Assembly (NCBI GenBank): GCA_017409215.1
Contig: JAFQTD010000036.1
Location: 14,038 to 78,037, forward strand
Length of the DNA stretch: 64,000 nucleotides
Direction: 5' to 3'
From: Alphaproteobacteria bacterium
Lineage (GTDB): Bacteria; Pseudomonadota; Alphaproteobacteria; Rs-D84
In this document: in pieces, positions 9,216 to 18,294 of the stretch
Layout of the letters: the number at the start of each line of letters is the position of its first letter
Position numbering within the stretch: the stretch's first letter is position 1
The notes under the pieces: model-generated
What the model saw: the letters and a program-made list of their open reading frames with translations, nothing else
The model's database searches: none
What the model was told of the DNA's origin: nothing
Position numbers and translations under genes: made by a program

Positions 9216-12200
9216 TTATTTTCTGAAACGTGGTTTCCACTTGCGTGCGCGTTCAATTAAAAAGAACAGGGCAGGTGTCAAAGTGAATGTCCACACCAAG
9301 CTGGCCAACATACCGCCAATCATAACTGCGCCCATTGCGACCTTCATACCGTCTGCAGACCACAACTGCGGTACCATACCAGCGATAACCGCAATAGAAG
9401 TCATTAACACCATATTCTTTTTTTCTTTTAATTCGTGCCACAATGCACTGTGTGCATCTTCGCCATTATTGATACGATTGATTGCAGGTTCCAACACCAA
9501 GATATTATTATTCACAACCAATCCGACCAACATAACAAAGGCCAACATCGCCCCAACGTTCATTGTTGCACCTGACAAGAACATCAGTACAAATACACCT
9601 GCGAAACTGGTCAATATTGATGTTGCAATTGTTAATGGGTGTGCCAAGGAATTTAATATAGCAGCCAACAACATATAAGTTAAAATTGTTGCCAACAAGA
9701 ATGCTGTACCAATTTCCTGTGTGCTTTCGCCCTGAACTTCTGACATACCGCCGAATGTTGCGTAATATCCTGCTTCCCATTCCATTGCGTTAATCTCAGA
9801 TTGGACTTTTGCCTGTACCGGTCCCATCGTAGATTTACCGATATTGATATCAATTTCTGTTAATCTATTTTTGTCTTTACGTCGAATGTCAGACGTTGCG
9901 CGATCCAGTTTTACTTCGCCCAATGCAGACATTGGTACCATACCCTTCTGAGAATTAATATACACATTATCAAACAAAGTTGCATTTTTAAATGGTTTTG
10001 CAAATTCCAAAATGATTGGGTATTCTTCACCATTTTCTTTGTACTTATATGTATCATTTCCAAACAGTGCGGTACGCAAAGTTGTTCCAGCATAAGAATT
10101 TTGTACCCCCCAGAAATTCATTTTTTCTTGGTCTGGGATAAATTGAGTTTCCATTGGTGGCACTTGTTGTGCGCGCACTGCTGATTGTACTTCTGGGATT
10201 TGGTTTATTGCATTGATTAATCTGTCTGCATAATCTTCACGCAATGCATCATTTTCGCCAAATACATTCAGCACCAAGTCAGCAGTTGCCCCCGATGACA
10301 ATGCTTCACCTGCCTTGATTTGTATTTCAACATCTGCGATATCTGCCAAAGTCGGCAATATTTTTTGTGCCAGCTTTTTATCAGAAATACCGCGTTCAGA
10401 AACATCGACTAATTCAATGGTCACATCAATGTTTTGCAATCCCTGGTCACCGATTTTAACGGTTGTTGCCTTGATCTCAGGGAATTGCGCCAGACGCTTT
10501 TCAATTTCGATTGCGATATTTTCAGACTTATCAAATGTTGCCCCCATTGGTGCGCGCGCTGTGATTGAAATTTCGTTTGCATCGGTTGATGGTGAAAACT
10601 CATTCCCCACAAAGCGCATTAACATAACCGAACCGATAAATATCATCACCACCAGTCCAATTACGCGCCAAGGGTGTGCGATTTGAAAATCGTACCAGCG
10701 ACGCAACCAACTGGTTTTATCGTTTTTCTGTTCGACCTTTTTTACTTGTTGTTTTTTACCGGTCAAACGCAAGAATTTTGCAATCATCATTGGTGTCAAC
10801 GTGAACGAGAACATCAACGACAGCAACGTCAAATACACAACAGTCAAACCGAATTGCACCATAAATTGACCGACGATACCCCCCATAAACGCCAATGGCA
10901 AGAACACCACTACATTCGTTCCGACACCTGCCAACACCGAAACTGCCACCTTTTTTGTTCCATCAATTGCGGCATCTTCTGGATTTTTTCCTGCACGCAT
11001 TTCCAATAATGCTGCTTCTATCAAAATAATCGCGTTTGACACCAGTGTCCCCAATGCGGACGAATATGCCAACAGTGTCATCGCATTAACGGTAAATCCA
11101 GACCCGTCCATAAAGAAGAACCCAGCAACCAAGGATGCAGGAATCACGACACCTGCAATAACCGTTGAACGCCAATTTCGTGTAAATACCAATAACACCA
11201 AGACGGTCAATATAACACCCAAAATAATACCATTAATTGTGCTGTCTGTTTCGTCTGAAATTGATATCGAAGAATCAGAAGTAATCATCATTTCAGCATT
11301 TGGAAAACGACGTGTTAAATCTGCTTGGAATTCAGGTAATTTATTATGCAACGCCTGTGAAATTTTAATTGCATTACCATCCGATGACTTTACAACAGAT
11401 GCGATAACAACAGGCTTTCCATTATAACGTGCCCCATTTTCAACATCGCGTGCTGCATCTGTAATTGTTGCGATATCTGATAATACGAAATTATTACCTT
11501 CTGCAGTTGTTAGGTGCAGATTTTCTATATCTGCCACAGATGCAAATTCACCAATAAATCGAACGTTTGAAGAATTACGACTGGTTTCGATTTTTCCCCC
11601 TGGAACATTCAAGTTATGCGCCCCCAGTGCAGACACAACGTCCATAACGGTTATACCATTTGCCGCCATAGTATCTGGGTTCATTGCGATACGTATTGCG
11701 CGTTCACGACCGCCGAAAACAGATACACTCGCGACCCCTTTTACCGCGGTAATTTTTGTAGACAAAACATCGTCTACGTATTCTTCCAAATCACGTGCAT
11801 CAGCGCCTGTTAGAACGATATCCACCACAGATTCTTCCAGTGGATTTAATTTTTCAACCATCGGTTGTTCCATATCGGATGGAAATTCCATACGCAAAGA
11901 ATCCAGCTTATTTTTAATCTCGGTTGACTTATCATTAACATTTGCCCCCAGATTAAATTCTGCCATTACCATACCGCTGTTTTCGAAAACGTATGAAGTA
12001 ATTGACTTTAATTCAGAAACTTCTGATATTGCATCTTCTGCACGTTTTATAACCTGTGATTCCAGTTCTTCTGGTGATGCCCCAGGGTACACAAACGTTG
12101 CTGTGACCATTGGAAAGTCAACAGATGGTGCGCGTTCGATATTCATTTTTGGGAATGATACCAACCCCAGAACGACCCAAACCAGAACAAACATCAGTGT

Positions 12201-12233
12201 GGTAATTGGTCTGCGAACAAAGAATTTTAACAT
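9216..12233 (-). CDS. RND efflux transporter permease (AcrB/AcrD family)
   Basis: 1005 aa with a 12-TM architecture, two large periplasmic loops and typical AcrB N-terminal sequence (MLKFFVRRPITTLMFVLVWVVLG). Confidence 0.9.
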   Translation of the reverse strand: MLKFFVRRPITTLMFVLVWVVLGLVSFPKMNIERAPSVDFPMVTATFVYPGASPEELESQVIKRAEDAISEVSELKSITSYVFENSGMVMAEFNLGANVNDKSTEIKNKLDSLRMEFPSDMEQPMVEKLNPLEESVVDIVLTGADARDLEEYVDDVLSTKITAVKGVASVSVFGGRERAIRIAMNPDTMAANGITVMDVVSALGAHNLNVPGGKIETSRNSSNVRFIGEFASVADIENLHLTTAEGNNFVLSDIATITDAARDVENGARYNGKPVVIASVVKSSDGNAIKISQALHNKLPEFQADLTRRFPNAEMMITSDSSISISDETDSTINGIILGVILTVLVLLVFTRNWRSTVIAGVVIPASLVAGFFFMDGSGFTVNAMTLLAYSSALGTLVSNAIILIEAALLEMRAGKNPEDAAIDGTKKVAVSVLAGVGTNVVVFLPLAFMGGIVGQFMVQFGLTVVYLTLLSLMFSFTLTPMMIAKFLRLTGKKQQVKKVEQKNDKTSWLRRWYDFQIAHPWRVIGLVVMIFIGSVMLMRFVGNEFSPSTDANEISITARAPMGATFDKSENIAIEIEKRLAQFPEIKATTVKIGDQGLQNIDVTIELVDVSERGISDKKLAQKILPTLADIADVEIQIKAGEALSSGATADLVLNVFGENDALREDYADRLINAINQIPEVQSAVRAQQVPPMETQFIPDQEKMNFWGVQNSYAGTTLRTALFGNDTYKYKENGEEYPIILEFAKPFKNATLFDNVYINSQKGMVPMSALGEVKLDRATSDIRRKDKNRLTEIDINIGKSTMGPVQAKVQSEINAMEWEAGYYATFGGMSEVQGESTQEIGTAFLLATILTYMLLAAILNSLAHPLTIATSILTSFAGVFVLMFLSGATMNVGAMLAFVMLVGLVVNNNILVLEPAINRINNGEDAHSALWHELKEKKNMVLMTSIAVIAGMVPQLWSADGMKVAMGAVMIGGMLASLVWTFTLTPALFFLIERARKWKPRFRK

Positions 12234-12251
12234 AACATACCTCTTGTAATA

Positions 12252-12860
12252 TTAATTATTTAATTGAACTTTTTCACCGGCATTGATGGATGACAATATA
12301 ACAATATCGCCATTGTTTAATCCGTCTGAAACCAAAGCATTTTCTGCATCCTGATACGCAATAACGACATCGTGTGCTGTTGCGACACCGTTTTCTACAA
12401 CAAAGACTTGGTTGTTTTTGATTGCATACAAAGGCACAAAAATCCCATCTGCTGTAAATTCTGCAAATTGCAACCCGTCCTCTACATCAGCTGTTTTAAC
12501 GATATACATACCAGTGTTCAGGTCAACCCCACGTGAAACAGATTTTATTGTACCACTACCAACAGGTTGTCCCACCTTCAGTGTCTTTGCGCGTGATTTT
12601 GAAACATATGCGCGATTGTTTTTTACAGACAGTGGCTCGTACAAAGTCCCTGTTTTTGATTCTGCAATCATTGTTTCAACTGTTGTGCCATTTGTGTTAT
12701 ATACACGTGCGATATTAAACACTTCGCGTGCGTTTTCGGATGCGATTGTTGCGAATCTAAAAGTTGCCCATGCAGTCATTGCGACAATAAACGCAACGAA
12801 AAATCCATGTTTAAATTTCTTTGAATGAATTATCTGTTCAATTTTTTCCATCTTATTCAC
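12252..12860 (-). CDS. minimal RND periplasmic adaptor (membrane fusion protein, beta-barrel/MP domains only)
   Basis: 202 aa. An N-terminal TM anchor is followed by sequence resembling only the beta-barrel and membrane-proximal domains of HlyD/AcrA-type adaptors. It sits tightly between tolC and the RND pump gene. Confidence 0.65.
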   Translation of the reverse strand: MNKMEKIEQIIHSKKFKHGFFVAFIVAMTAWATFRFATIASENAREVFNIARVYNTNGTTVETMIAESKTGTLYEPLSVKNNRAYVSKSRAKTLKVGQPVGSGTIKSVSRGVDLNTGMYIVKTADVEDGLQFAEFTADGIFVPLYAIKNNQVFVVENGVATAHDVVIAYQDAENALVSDGLNNGDIVILSSINAGEKVQLNN

Positions 12861-14184
12861 CTAACTTTTTAATAGATTCTGCCGACATTAAAATGTTGTA
12901 TTTTGTATTCAGCAAAGCCAAATCCAATTGATACAGCCCTGCGGAAACATCTGCTAATTCAACGGCGGATGTTTGCCCAGATGCAAAGCGGTTTTGTGAC
13001 AGGGTATATGTTTGTGCGGCTAAATCACGTGCCTTGGTCAAGGTCGACAAGTTATCGCGCAAACGATTATATTGTGTAATTGTGTTTTCGTATTTTTCTG
13101 TGGTTAATTTTTTTGCTTTATCTAAATCTTCGCGTGCTGCGATTGCGTTCATTGCTTCAACGGTTGCGTTTGCTTTATTTAATCCGCCGTTAAAGATTGG
13201 AACTTGCAACGCAATCCCCCAGTATGCAGATTGGCTGCCTTTTTTATCGAACATATGTCCAACATCACCCGCCATTGACATATAACTATAAGACGCGGTT
13301 GCTGCCAGTGTTGGGTATGCGTTTGCTTTCTTAGATCGCGCCAAATCCTCATACATTTTTACTTGTTGGTCTAAAATATCCCATTCTGGTGTGTTTTGCA
13401 GTTTTTTTGCATTTAATTCTTTAAATTCAGATGGAAATTCATCTGTCAGATTTAATTCTTCGTTAACATCAATACCCGCCATAATTTTCAGCATTCTGTG
13501 CGCAGTATCACGATTGAATTTTGCATCAGAAACATTGATTTCCTTGGTTGCAATATCTGATTCAATTTTCAGCAGATTGCTGCGATGTGCGCGTCCTGCA
13601 TTTGTTAAACTTTTCTTGGCATTTCGTGCATTTTTTAAATCGCGTTCAGACAGCTTTACTATTTCATCTGTCATTTTTGCAGTCCAATATAAATTCGCTG
13701 CTGCATAAACGACTTCGCGTCTGGTTAATTCCTTGGCTGATTCCGACATTTTTATTGCGGATTTAACAGACTTGACTGCGTTTCCAATTTTTCCAAAAGT
13801 ATAGATGGGCTGGGTCAAAGATAAGCCTGCCTGAAAGATATTATCAGGGATTTCAATATCAGCAACATTCATATCAAACGCATCTGACAAAATCCCCCCC
13901 AGTTCTGGTGGTAAATTCACAGAACTGCTTTCAAAGGGTTTTTCAACATTAACCATACTCATATAAGATACTGTTCCGTCCAGCTTAAACCAACGATTGG
14001 CATTTGCGGAATCCAACGATGCTTCGGCTTTTTTCAGGTTTGCCTCTGCCTTTTTCAAGTCATTTGATTCTGCTGTGATTTTTTTTACCGCATCATTCAG
14101 TGATAAATCCAACGCGTTTGCAGGCACACCAAACATTACGATACACAGTGCGCCCAGCAAAGGCACGACATATTTCTTAGTCAT
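12853..14184 (-). CDS. tolC: TolC-family outer membrane efflux protein
   Basis: 443 aa with signal peptide MTKKYVVPLLGALCIVMFGVPANA. It has a two-repeat coiled-coil/beta architecture and is first in the efflux operon. Confidence 0.85.
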   Translation of the reverse strand: MTKKYVVPLLGALCIVMFGVPANALDLSLNDAVKKITAESNDLKKAEANLKKAEASLDSANANRWFKLDGTVSYMSMVNVEKPFESSSVNLPPELGGILSDAFDMNVADIEIPDNIFQAGLSLTQPIYTFGKIGNAVKSVKSAIKMSESAKELTRREVVYAAANLYWTAKMTDEIVKLSERDLKNARNAKKSLTNAGRAHRSNLLKIESDIATKEINVSDAKFNRDTAHRMLKIMAGIDVNEELNLTDEFPSEFKELNAKKLQNTPEWDILDQQVKMYEDLARSKKANAYPTLAATASYSYMSMAGDVGHMFDKKGSQSAYWGIALQVPIFNGGLNKANATVEAMNAIAAREDLDKAKKLTTEKYENTITQYNRLRDNLSTLTKARDLAAQTYTLSQNRFASGQTSAVELADVSAGLYQLDLALLNTKYNILMSAESIKKLGE

Positions 14185-14626
14185 TATCCAACTCCATATT
14201 ATTCAAGACTTCCTTCATAGTACGTAATGCATCAGTCAGTCGTTTTTCATCATCTGGTGATATTGCGGAAAACATTTTTTCAACCCCCATTCTGAACAAA
14301 TCCATTGCATGCAATGCCAATTCAGCCCCTGATGGCGACACGCAATACCAAGTGTTTCGACGGTCGTTTTCATCAATTGTTCTGACGACATAACCATCTT
14401 GTTCCAGTTTTCGAAATGCAGCGCATAAATTTGGGGCAGACACATGTTCGCGTCTTGCGATATCTTTCAGACGTGCTGCGCCCCCCTGGTGCAGGCGTAC
14501 CAGAATATAAGTCAATTGACGTGGATATCCGGTGATTTCACTGCGTTCCAGTCGAATTTTGTCGGCCAATCTGTCAAAAGTCCAAATATTAGACTCTAAC
14601 AAACGAACAAATTCCTTGCGTGCCAT
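14177..14626 (-). CDS. MarR-family transcriptional regulator
   Basis: 149 aa with a winged-helix region (ILVRLHQGGAARLKDIARREHVSAPNLCAAFRKLEQDGYVVR). It heads the tolC-MFP-RND operon. Confidence 0.8.
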   Translation of the reverse strand: MARKEFVRLLESNIWTFDRLADKIRLERSEITGYPRQLTYILVRLHQGGAARLKDIARREHVSAPNLCAAFRKLEQDGYVVRTIDENDRRNTWYCVSPSGAELALHAMDLFRMGVEKMFSAISPDDEKRLTDALRTMKEVLNNMELDND

Positions 14627-14747
14627 AAAAAACTCCTATATAATGCATTAGTGACTTAAATTGTTAAAAAACTTAATAATTATATATTTTAATGAATTTA
14701 ATGCAAGAACTTTTTTATAAAAAATAAAAATAATGGACTAAAAAGAC

Positions 14748-14775
14748 TTGCAAAGGTCACAAAAATAATTATAAT
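14748..14775 (+). promoter_or_regulatory. sigma70-like promoter for tRNA-Gln
   Basis: TTGCAA (14748-14753), a 16-nt spacer, then TATAAT (14770-14775). The tRNA 5' end lies 13 nt downstream. Confidence 0.4.
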
Positions 14776-14787
14776 CGACTAAGTCAT

Positions 14788-14861
14788 TGGGGTGTCGTCT
14801 AATGGTAGGACAAGAGATTTTGGTTCTCTTTATCATGGTTCGAATCCGTGCGCCCCAACCA
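14788..14861 (+). tRNA. tRNA-Gln (anticodon TTG)
   Basis: A full cloverleaf was folded by hand. Acceptor UGGGGUG/CGCCCCA carries the U1-A72 pair typical of bacterial tRNA-Gln. D stem is GUCU/GGAC, anticodon stem AGAGA/UCUCU, loop UUUUGGU. T arm is CAUGG-UUCGAAU-CCGUG. Discriminator A and CCA are encoded. Confidence 0.85.
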
Positions 14862-14898
14862 ATATTCAAACGCCCCTGATGGGGCGTTTTAATATTGG
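14857..14898 (+). repeat. 42-bp direct repeat copy 1 (tRNA-Gln 3' end / att-like core plus terminator hairpin)
   Basis: AACCAATATTCAAACGCCCCTGATGGGGCGTTTTAATATTGG is identical to 16085-16126. Confidence 0.8.
14868..14890 (+). terminator. rho-independent terminator after tRNA-Gln
   Basis: AAACGCCCC-TGAT-GGGGCGTTTT. The same hairpin recurs inside the 42-bp direct repeat at 16096-16118. Confidence 0.6.
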
Positions 14899-15054
14899 CT
14901 TTGTTGCGCCCGTTTGATTTGAAACATCGTCCGCCTTTGGCGTGACAGGTTCGACTATGAGTAAGCGAAAACAAGCCTTGCGTAGTTTGAGCGCTAACGA
15001 ATGCGGCGCAGTGTCGGCACTGCCGACCGAGCCAATCCGTGCGCAATTTTTACA

Positions 15055-15214
15055 GTCCGAAAGTCAAATTTCGATTTTTTTCTTTCTAAATATACTTTCG
15101 AACCGCGTATAACACTCTAAAAACATTCGAACAAAGCATAATATTACAAAACCAACATAAAACCGCTCTAACCAGCATGTCTGTTCAATATGGTTGTGGG
15201 GTGCTGGCAAAACT
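15055..15214 (+). repeat. 165-bp cassette-boundary repeat, copy 1 (hairpin TTCGAAAGT...ACTTTCGAA plus inverted att-like arm)
   Basis: Roughly 75% identical to 18097-18262. It ends in TGTTCAATATGGTTGTGGGGTGCTGGCAAAAC (15183-15214), the reverse complement of the right-hand arm at 16067-16099. Confidence 0.7.
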
Positions 15215-15222
15215 AATAGATT

Positions 15223-16020
15223 TTATTTTACTTTTCTACAGATATATAACAAATGATTACTGTATCCTTGTTGATCTAATCTTTCACAGGTCCTAAAATG
15301 CCACTCTAAAAAAGCCTGATAATCTTTCTTTGGTAAATCCTCAATCAACTCACGCAAAACAGGTCCAATTCCATCGGCACTAACATTTGTTATATATTTC
15401 GTATTCGTTTTTGCAAATAACTTCTTGAAATCTTCAACATAAAAAGCAGCAAAGATTTCTTCTGGAATATCTGCTACTCTACCTTCTTTATCCATGCATC
15501 TGGTAAGCAAATCATAACATTTATGATGTCTTAAACCATATGTGGTCATTATCGTTGCACTTGATATGTATGCAAACATACAAACGCCGTTTTTCTTGGC
15601 CACACGAATTGTTTCTTTGATTGCTTGATTTTTATCTTTTTTATTAAACAAATGATACATTGGTCCTAAATTCAAAACCATATCAAAAGAATTATCTTTG
15701 AACATGCTTAAATCCAGCGCATCGCCAACCATACATTGAAAATTTTTCAACTTACGAGATTTGCGTTTCATTATTTCAACGTATTTAGGGGTTAAATCCA
15801 CAGCCGTAACATCGTAACCCATCTTTGCCAAAGCAATCGAATACCGCCCAGTTGCGGCACCAATTTCAAGTATCTTTGCACCTGGTTTCAAAAATTTTTG
15901 AATATACCGCATAGTCGTCAAATATTCCATGTTATGCGCCCGGTCTTTGATTAACCGAGAATCTTCATCATAGTCAGTATAATTGTTTATAATGATATCT
16001 TTATGTTTATTTAGTGTCAT
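15223..16020 (-). CDS. class I SAM-dependent methyltransferase
   Basis: 265 aa with methyltransferase motif I ILEIGAATGRYSIALAKMGYDVTAVDL. An extended -10 promoter TGGTATAAT lies at 16047-16055 (minus strand) and inverted att-like repeats flank the gene. Confidence 0.8.
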   Translation of the reverse strand: MTLNKHKDIIINNYTDYDEDSRLIKDRAHNMEYLTTMRYIQKFLKPGAKILEIGAATGRYSIALAKMGYDVTAVDLTPKYVEIMKRKSRKLKNFQCMVGDALDLSMFKDNSFDMVLNLGPMYHLFNKKDKNQAIKETIRVAKKNGVCMFAYISSATIMTTYGLRHHKCYDLLTRCMDKEGRVADIPEEIFAAFYVEDFKKLFAKTNTKYITNVSADGIGPVLRELIEDLPKKDYQAFLEWHFRTCERLDQQGYSNHLLYICRKVK

Positions 16021-16084
16021 ATTATAACCTTTATTTAATCATGACAATTATACCATATCAACTCGCGTTTTGCCAGCACCCCAC

Positions 16085-16126
16085 AACCAATATTCAAACG
16101 CCCCTGATGGGGCGTTTTAATATTGG
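16085..16126 (+). repeat. 42-bp direct repeat copy 2
   Basis: Identical to 14857-14898. It is preceded by CACCCCACAACC (a degenerate tRNA acceptor 3' strand). A further tRNA 3'-end copy GTGCGCCCCAACCA at 16246-16259 and a terminator at 16269-16294 follow. Confidence 0.8.
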
Positions 16127-16401
16127 ACGGGGCCAAGGTTCGTAATCTGCAACGTTAGTTGCCGGTTCGACAATGAGTAGATTTGAGAAGCGCAGCGCCA
16201 TCAAATCGTCAGGAATGCCCCGCAGGCGAAAGCCGAGGGAATTGAGTGCGCCCCAACCAAGATGTGCAACCGCCCGTTTCTGGGCGGTTTTTTGTTTGTT
16301 TTCTATTATTTTCACTGAGTTCGAAAGTTGGAGTTAAAAAATAGTGAATTTTTGATACTTTCGAACTTTTGTGGTATAATCTCAGAAAAGGATGAATTTT
16401 A

Positions 16402-16947
16402 ATGCAACCGTTATCAAATTTTCCGCAAACAATCAAAACTCCACGATTGGTGTTGCGGGTGTTGGCGCCAACAAAAGAAAACGCAGCAAAGATTTTGAAT
16501 ATTATTGAACAAAATCGTGATTATCTTATGGAGTGGCAAGGTCATTTTGGCGAATTAAAAACCATTGATGATGTGGTGGCATATTTAACAAAACGTGCTA
16601 ATCAAATTAAAACTAATCAAGGAGTCTGTTTTTATATTTACAATAACGATAATATTATTGGTCGAATTCGTTTTTTTAATATTCAAGACAATGGATGTGA
16701 AATAGGATATTGGTTGATAAAATCTGTAAATGGCAACGGATTTATGAGTGAAGCACTGCAAGCATTAGAAACAGAATTATTCAAATTTGGTTTCAGCAAA
16801 ATTACATTGGATATAGACAATGGAAATATTCATTCAGAAAATTTAGCGATACGCAACGGGTATAAATTGGAAAAACGCTTGCCAAATGCTTCATGGGCAA
16901 AATGTGTTGGTAAATGCGATTCATTGATTTATGTAAAAGAAAGATAA
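16402..16947 (+). CDS. GNAT-family N-acetyltransferase (RimJ/RimL-like)
   Basis: 181 aa with a GNAT fold (YWLIKSVNGNGFMSEALQALETELFKFGFSKITLDID). TGGTATAAT at 16372-16380 and RBS AAAGGA upstream. Confidence 0.8.
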   Translation: MQPLSNFPQTIKTPRLVLRVLAPTKENAAKILNIIEQNRDYLMEWQGHFGELKTIDDVVAYLTKRANQIKTNQGVCFYIYNNDNIIGRIRFFNIQDNGCEIGYWLIKSVNGNGFMSEALQALETELFKFGFSKITLDIDNGNIHSENLAIRNGYKLEKRLPNASWAKCVGKCDSLIYVKER

Positions 16948-17086
16948 TATTTTAATAAAATTTCTTTTTCATCCCATCAAGCTCTCGCCCAATCTCCGCC
17001 AATTCAGTTCGCGAACTGCACAGACACCCCAACCAAAATAAAACAATGCCCACCAGGGGGCAAGTCTTTGTTCGGAATACAAGTTT

Positions 17087-17836
17087 CTATTCGTGGGTTG
17101 ATTGGTTCTGTTTTTGCAAAATAATTTCATTAACAATTTGTTTAATGCGTGATGGGGCCATAAATAAATTTGGCGCATAATCCAGCACAGTATAAAAAAG
17201 TTTTTGGTCTTGGTGTATCTTGTTCCACCAACCAAGCCCTTTATTACATTGTGTTATAAAATACTTAATGTCTTTGGGGTGAAATCTGGATGTGACCCCA
17301 ATCAACAAATCATACGCATTTGTATGATTGTTAACCGGGATATCTTGCAATACAGGGTTTAACATTTTTATTTCGTTAACCATGTTTTCCATATTCATCA
17401 ATGCAACATTCTGATTTTTGTTGCTTGTAAAATGCGCTATTATTTTTCTTTTTTCTTCGTCATTCAATTCGCCCGTTACACTGTTCAAAAAGTCTAAATA
17501 TTGCTGTTTCTCTTTGGCTGTTGCATCTGGGGCGCCTTGGAATATATAATCGACATACAGTTCTGGATTTTCAATACGCAGTGGTTCAAACAAACCCAGA
17601 TAATACATATTGTTCATTACTTTTTTTTCATAGTCGGCTTCAGTAATACCATCAGGAAACTTATATTGGTGTGAAATCGGACATGCAGTAATAAAGCCAT
17701 CATCGGCCAGTCGACGTTCAAAATTCACCGCAGATGACCAATGCCCATTTTTAAACACAGCTTCCTTATCAAGGATATTGCTTATCACCTTTTGTATTTT
17801 TTTTGCATTTGAAAAATTTGAATTAGTTATTTGCAT
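17087..17836 (-). CDS. hypothetical protein (orphan, island-encoded)
   Basis: 249-aa ORF with a GGGGAA RBS and no recognisable domain. A degenerate direct att-like copy lies downstream at 17024-17066. Confidence 0.5.
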   Translation of the reverse strand: MQITNSNFSNAKKIQKVISNILDKEAVFKNGHWSSAVNFERRLADDGFITACPISHQYKFPDGITEADYEKKVMNNMYYLGLFEPLRIENPELYVDYIFQGAPDATAKEKQQYLDFLNSVTGELNDEEKRKIIAHFTSNKNQNVALMNMENMVNEIKMLNPVLQDIPVNNHTNAYDLLIGVTSRFHPKDIKYFITQCNKGLGWWNKIHQDQKLFYTVLDYAPNLFMAPSRIKQIVNEIILQKQNQSTHE

Positions 17837-18096
17837 ACGTTCCCCTGATTCATGCTGTTTATTGTATAGTATCGTCTTGTGTTTTGCAAATTTATAAACA
17901 ATTATTGATATTCTTTCCGAATATAAACCGTGGGAATTGGTAAATTATTTTGCGTTTAGTTCCAAAGATGCTGCATTGGAATTTGAACAATATCTTAAAA
18001 CAGGTTCTGGACACGCATTCGCAAAAAGACATTTTTGGAAGTAATTTATCAAGGGGCCGTAGCGCATTCCAGAGAGCAAAACAAATACCCTTTGAC

Positions 18097-18262
18097 GAGT
18101 TCGAAAGTCAAATTTCGATTTTTTATCTTTTCAAACACACTTTCGAATCCCTTATAACACTCTAAAAACATTCGAACCAACGACAATATCATAAAACTAA
18201 TGAAAATCTGCTCTAACAGGTCTTTTTATTCAAAGTGGTTGTGGTCGGTGGGCGGCCGTCAA
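18097..18262 (+). repeat. 165-bp cassette-boundary repeat, copy 2
   Basis: GAGTTCGAAAGTCAAATTTCGATTTTTTATC...GGTTGTGGTCGGTGGGCGG aligns along its full length with 15055-15214. Confidence 0.7.
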
Positions 18263-18294
18263 GGATTTTATATGCTTTTAAAACGATTTAAAAG

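Noticed and set aside
14738-15046. 102-aa minus-strand ORF.
   Set aside because: It overlaps tRNA-Gln and the att-like repeats, is Arg/Cys-rich and has no RBS. Judged spurious.
14899-15054. Possible permuted (two-piece) tmRNA between tRNA-Gln and the methyltransferase. It has a GGTTCGAC box, a tRNA-like T-arm/acceptor fragment AATCCGTGCGC and a GGGGCG 5' strand.
   Set aside because: No ANDN...AA-type tag reading frame could be found; the best frame reads AKTSLA*. There is no convincing tRNA-like domain pairing. A diverged homologous copy lies at 16127-16260. The segment is better explained as decayed att and tRNA-end repeats.
15183-16099. Integron gene cassette with attC sites.
   Set aside because: The flanking repeats do not match the attC R''/L''/L'/R' core pattern (RYYYAAC...GTTRRRY). 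No intI integrase or attI is present. The repeats instead derive from a tRNA 3' end.
16969-17235. 88-aa minus-strand ORF between the GNAT gene and the 249-aa gene.
   Set aside because: It overlaps the degenerate att-like repeat and the 3' end of 17087-17836 in another frame, and has no RBS. Judged spurious.
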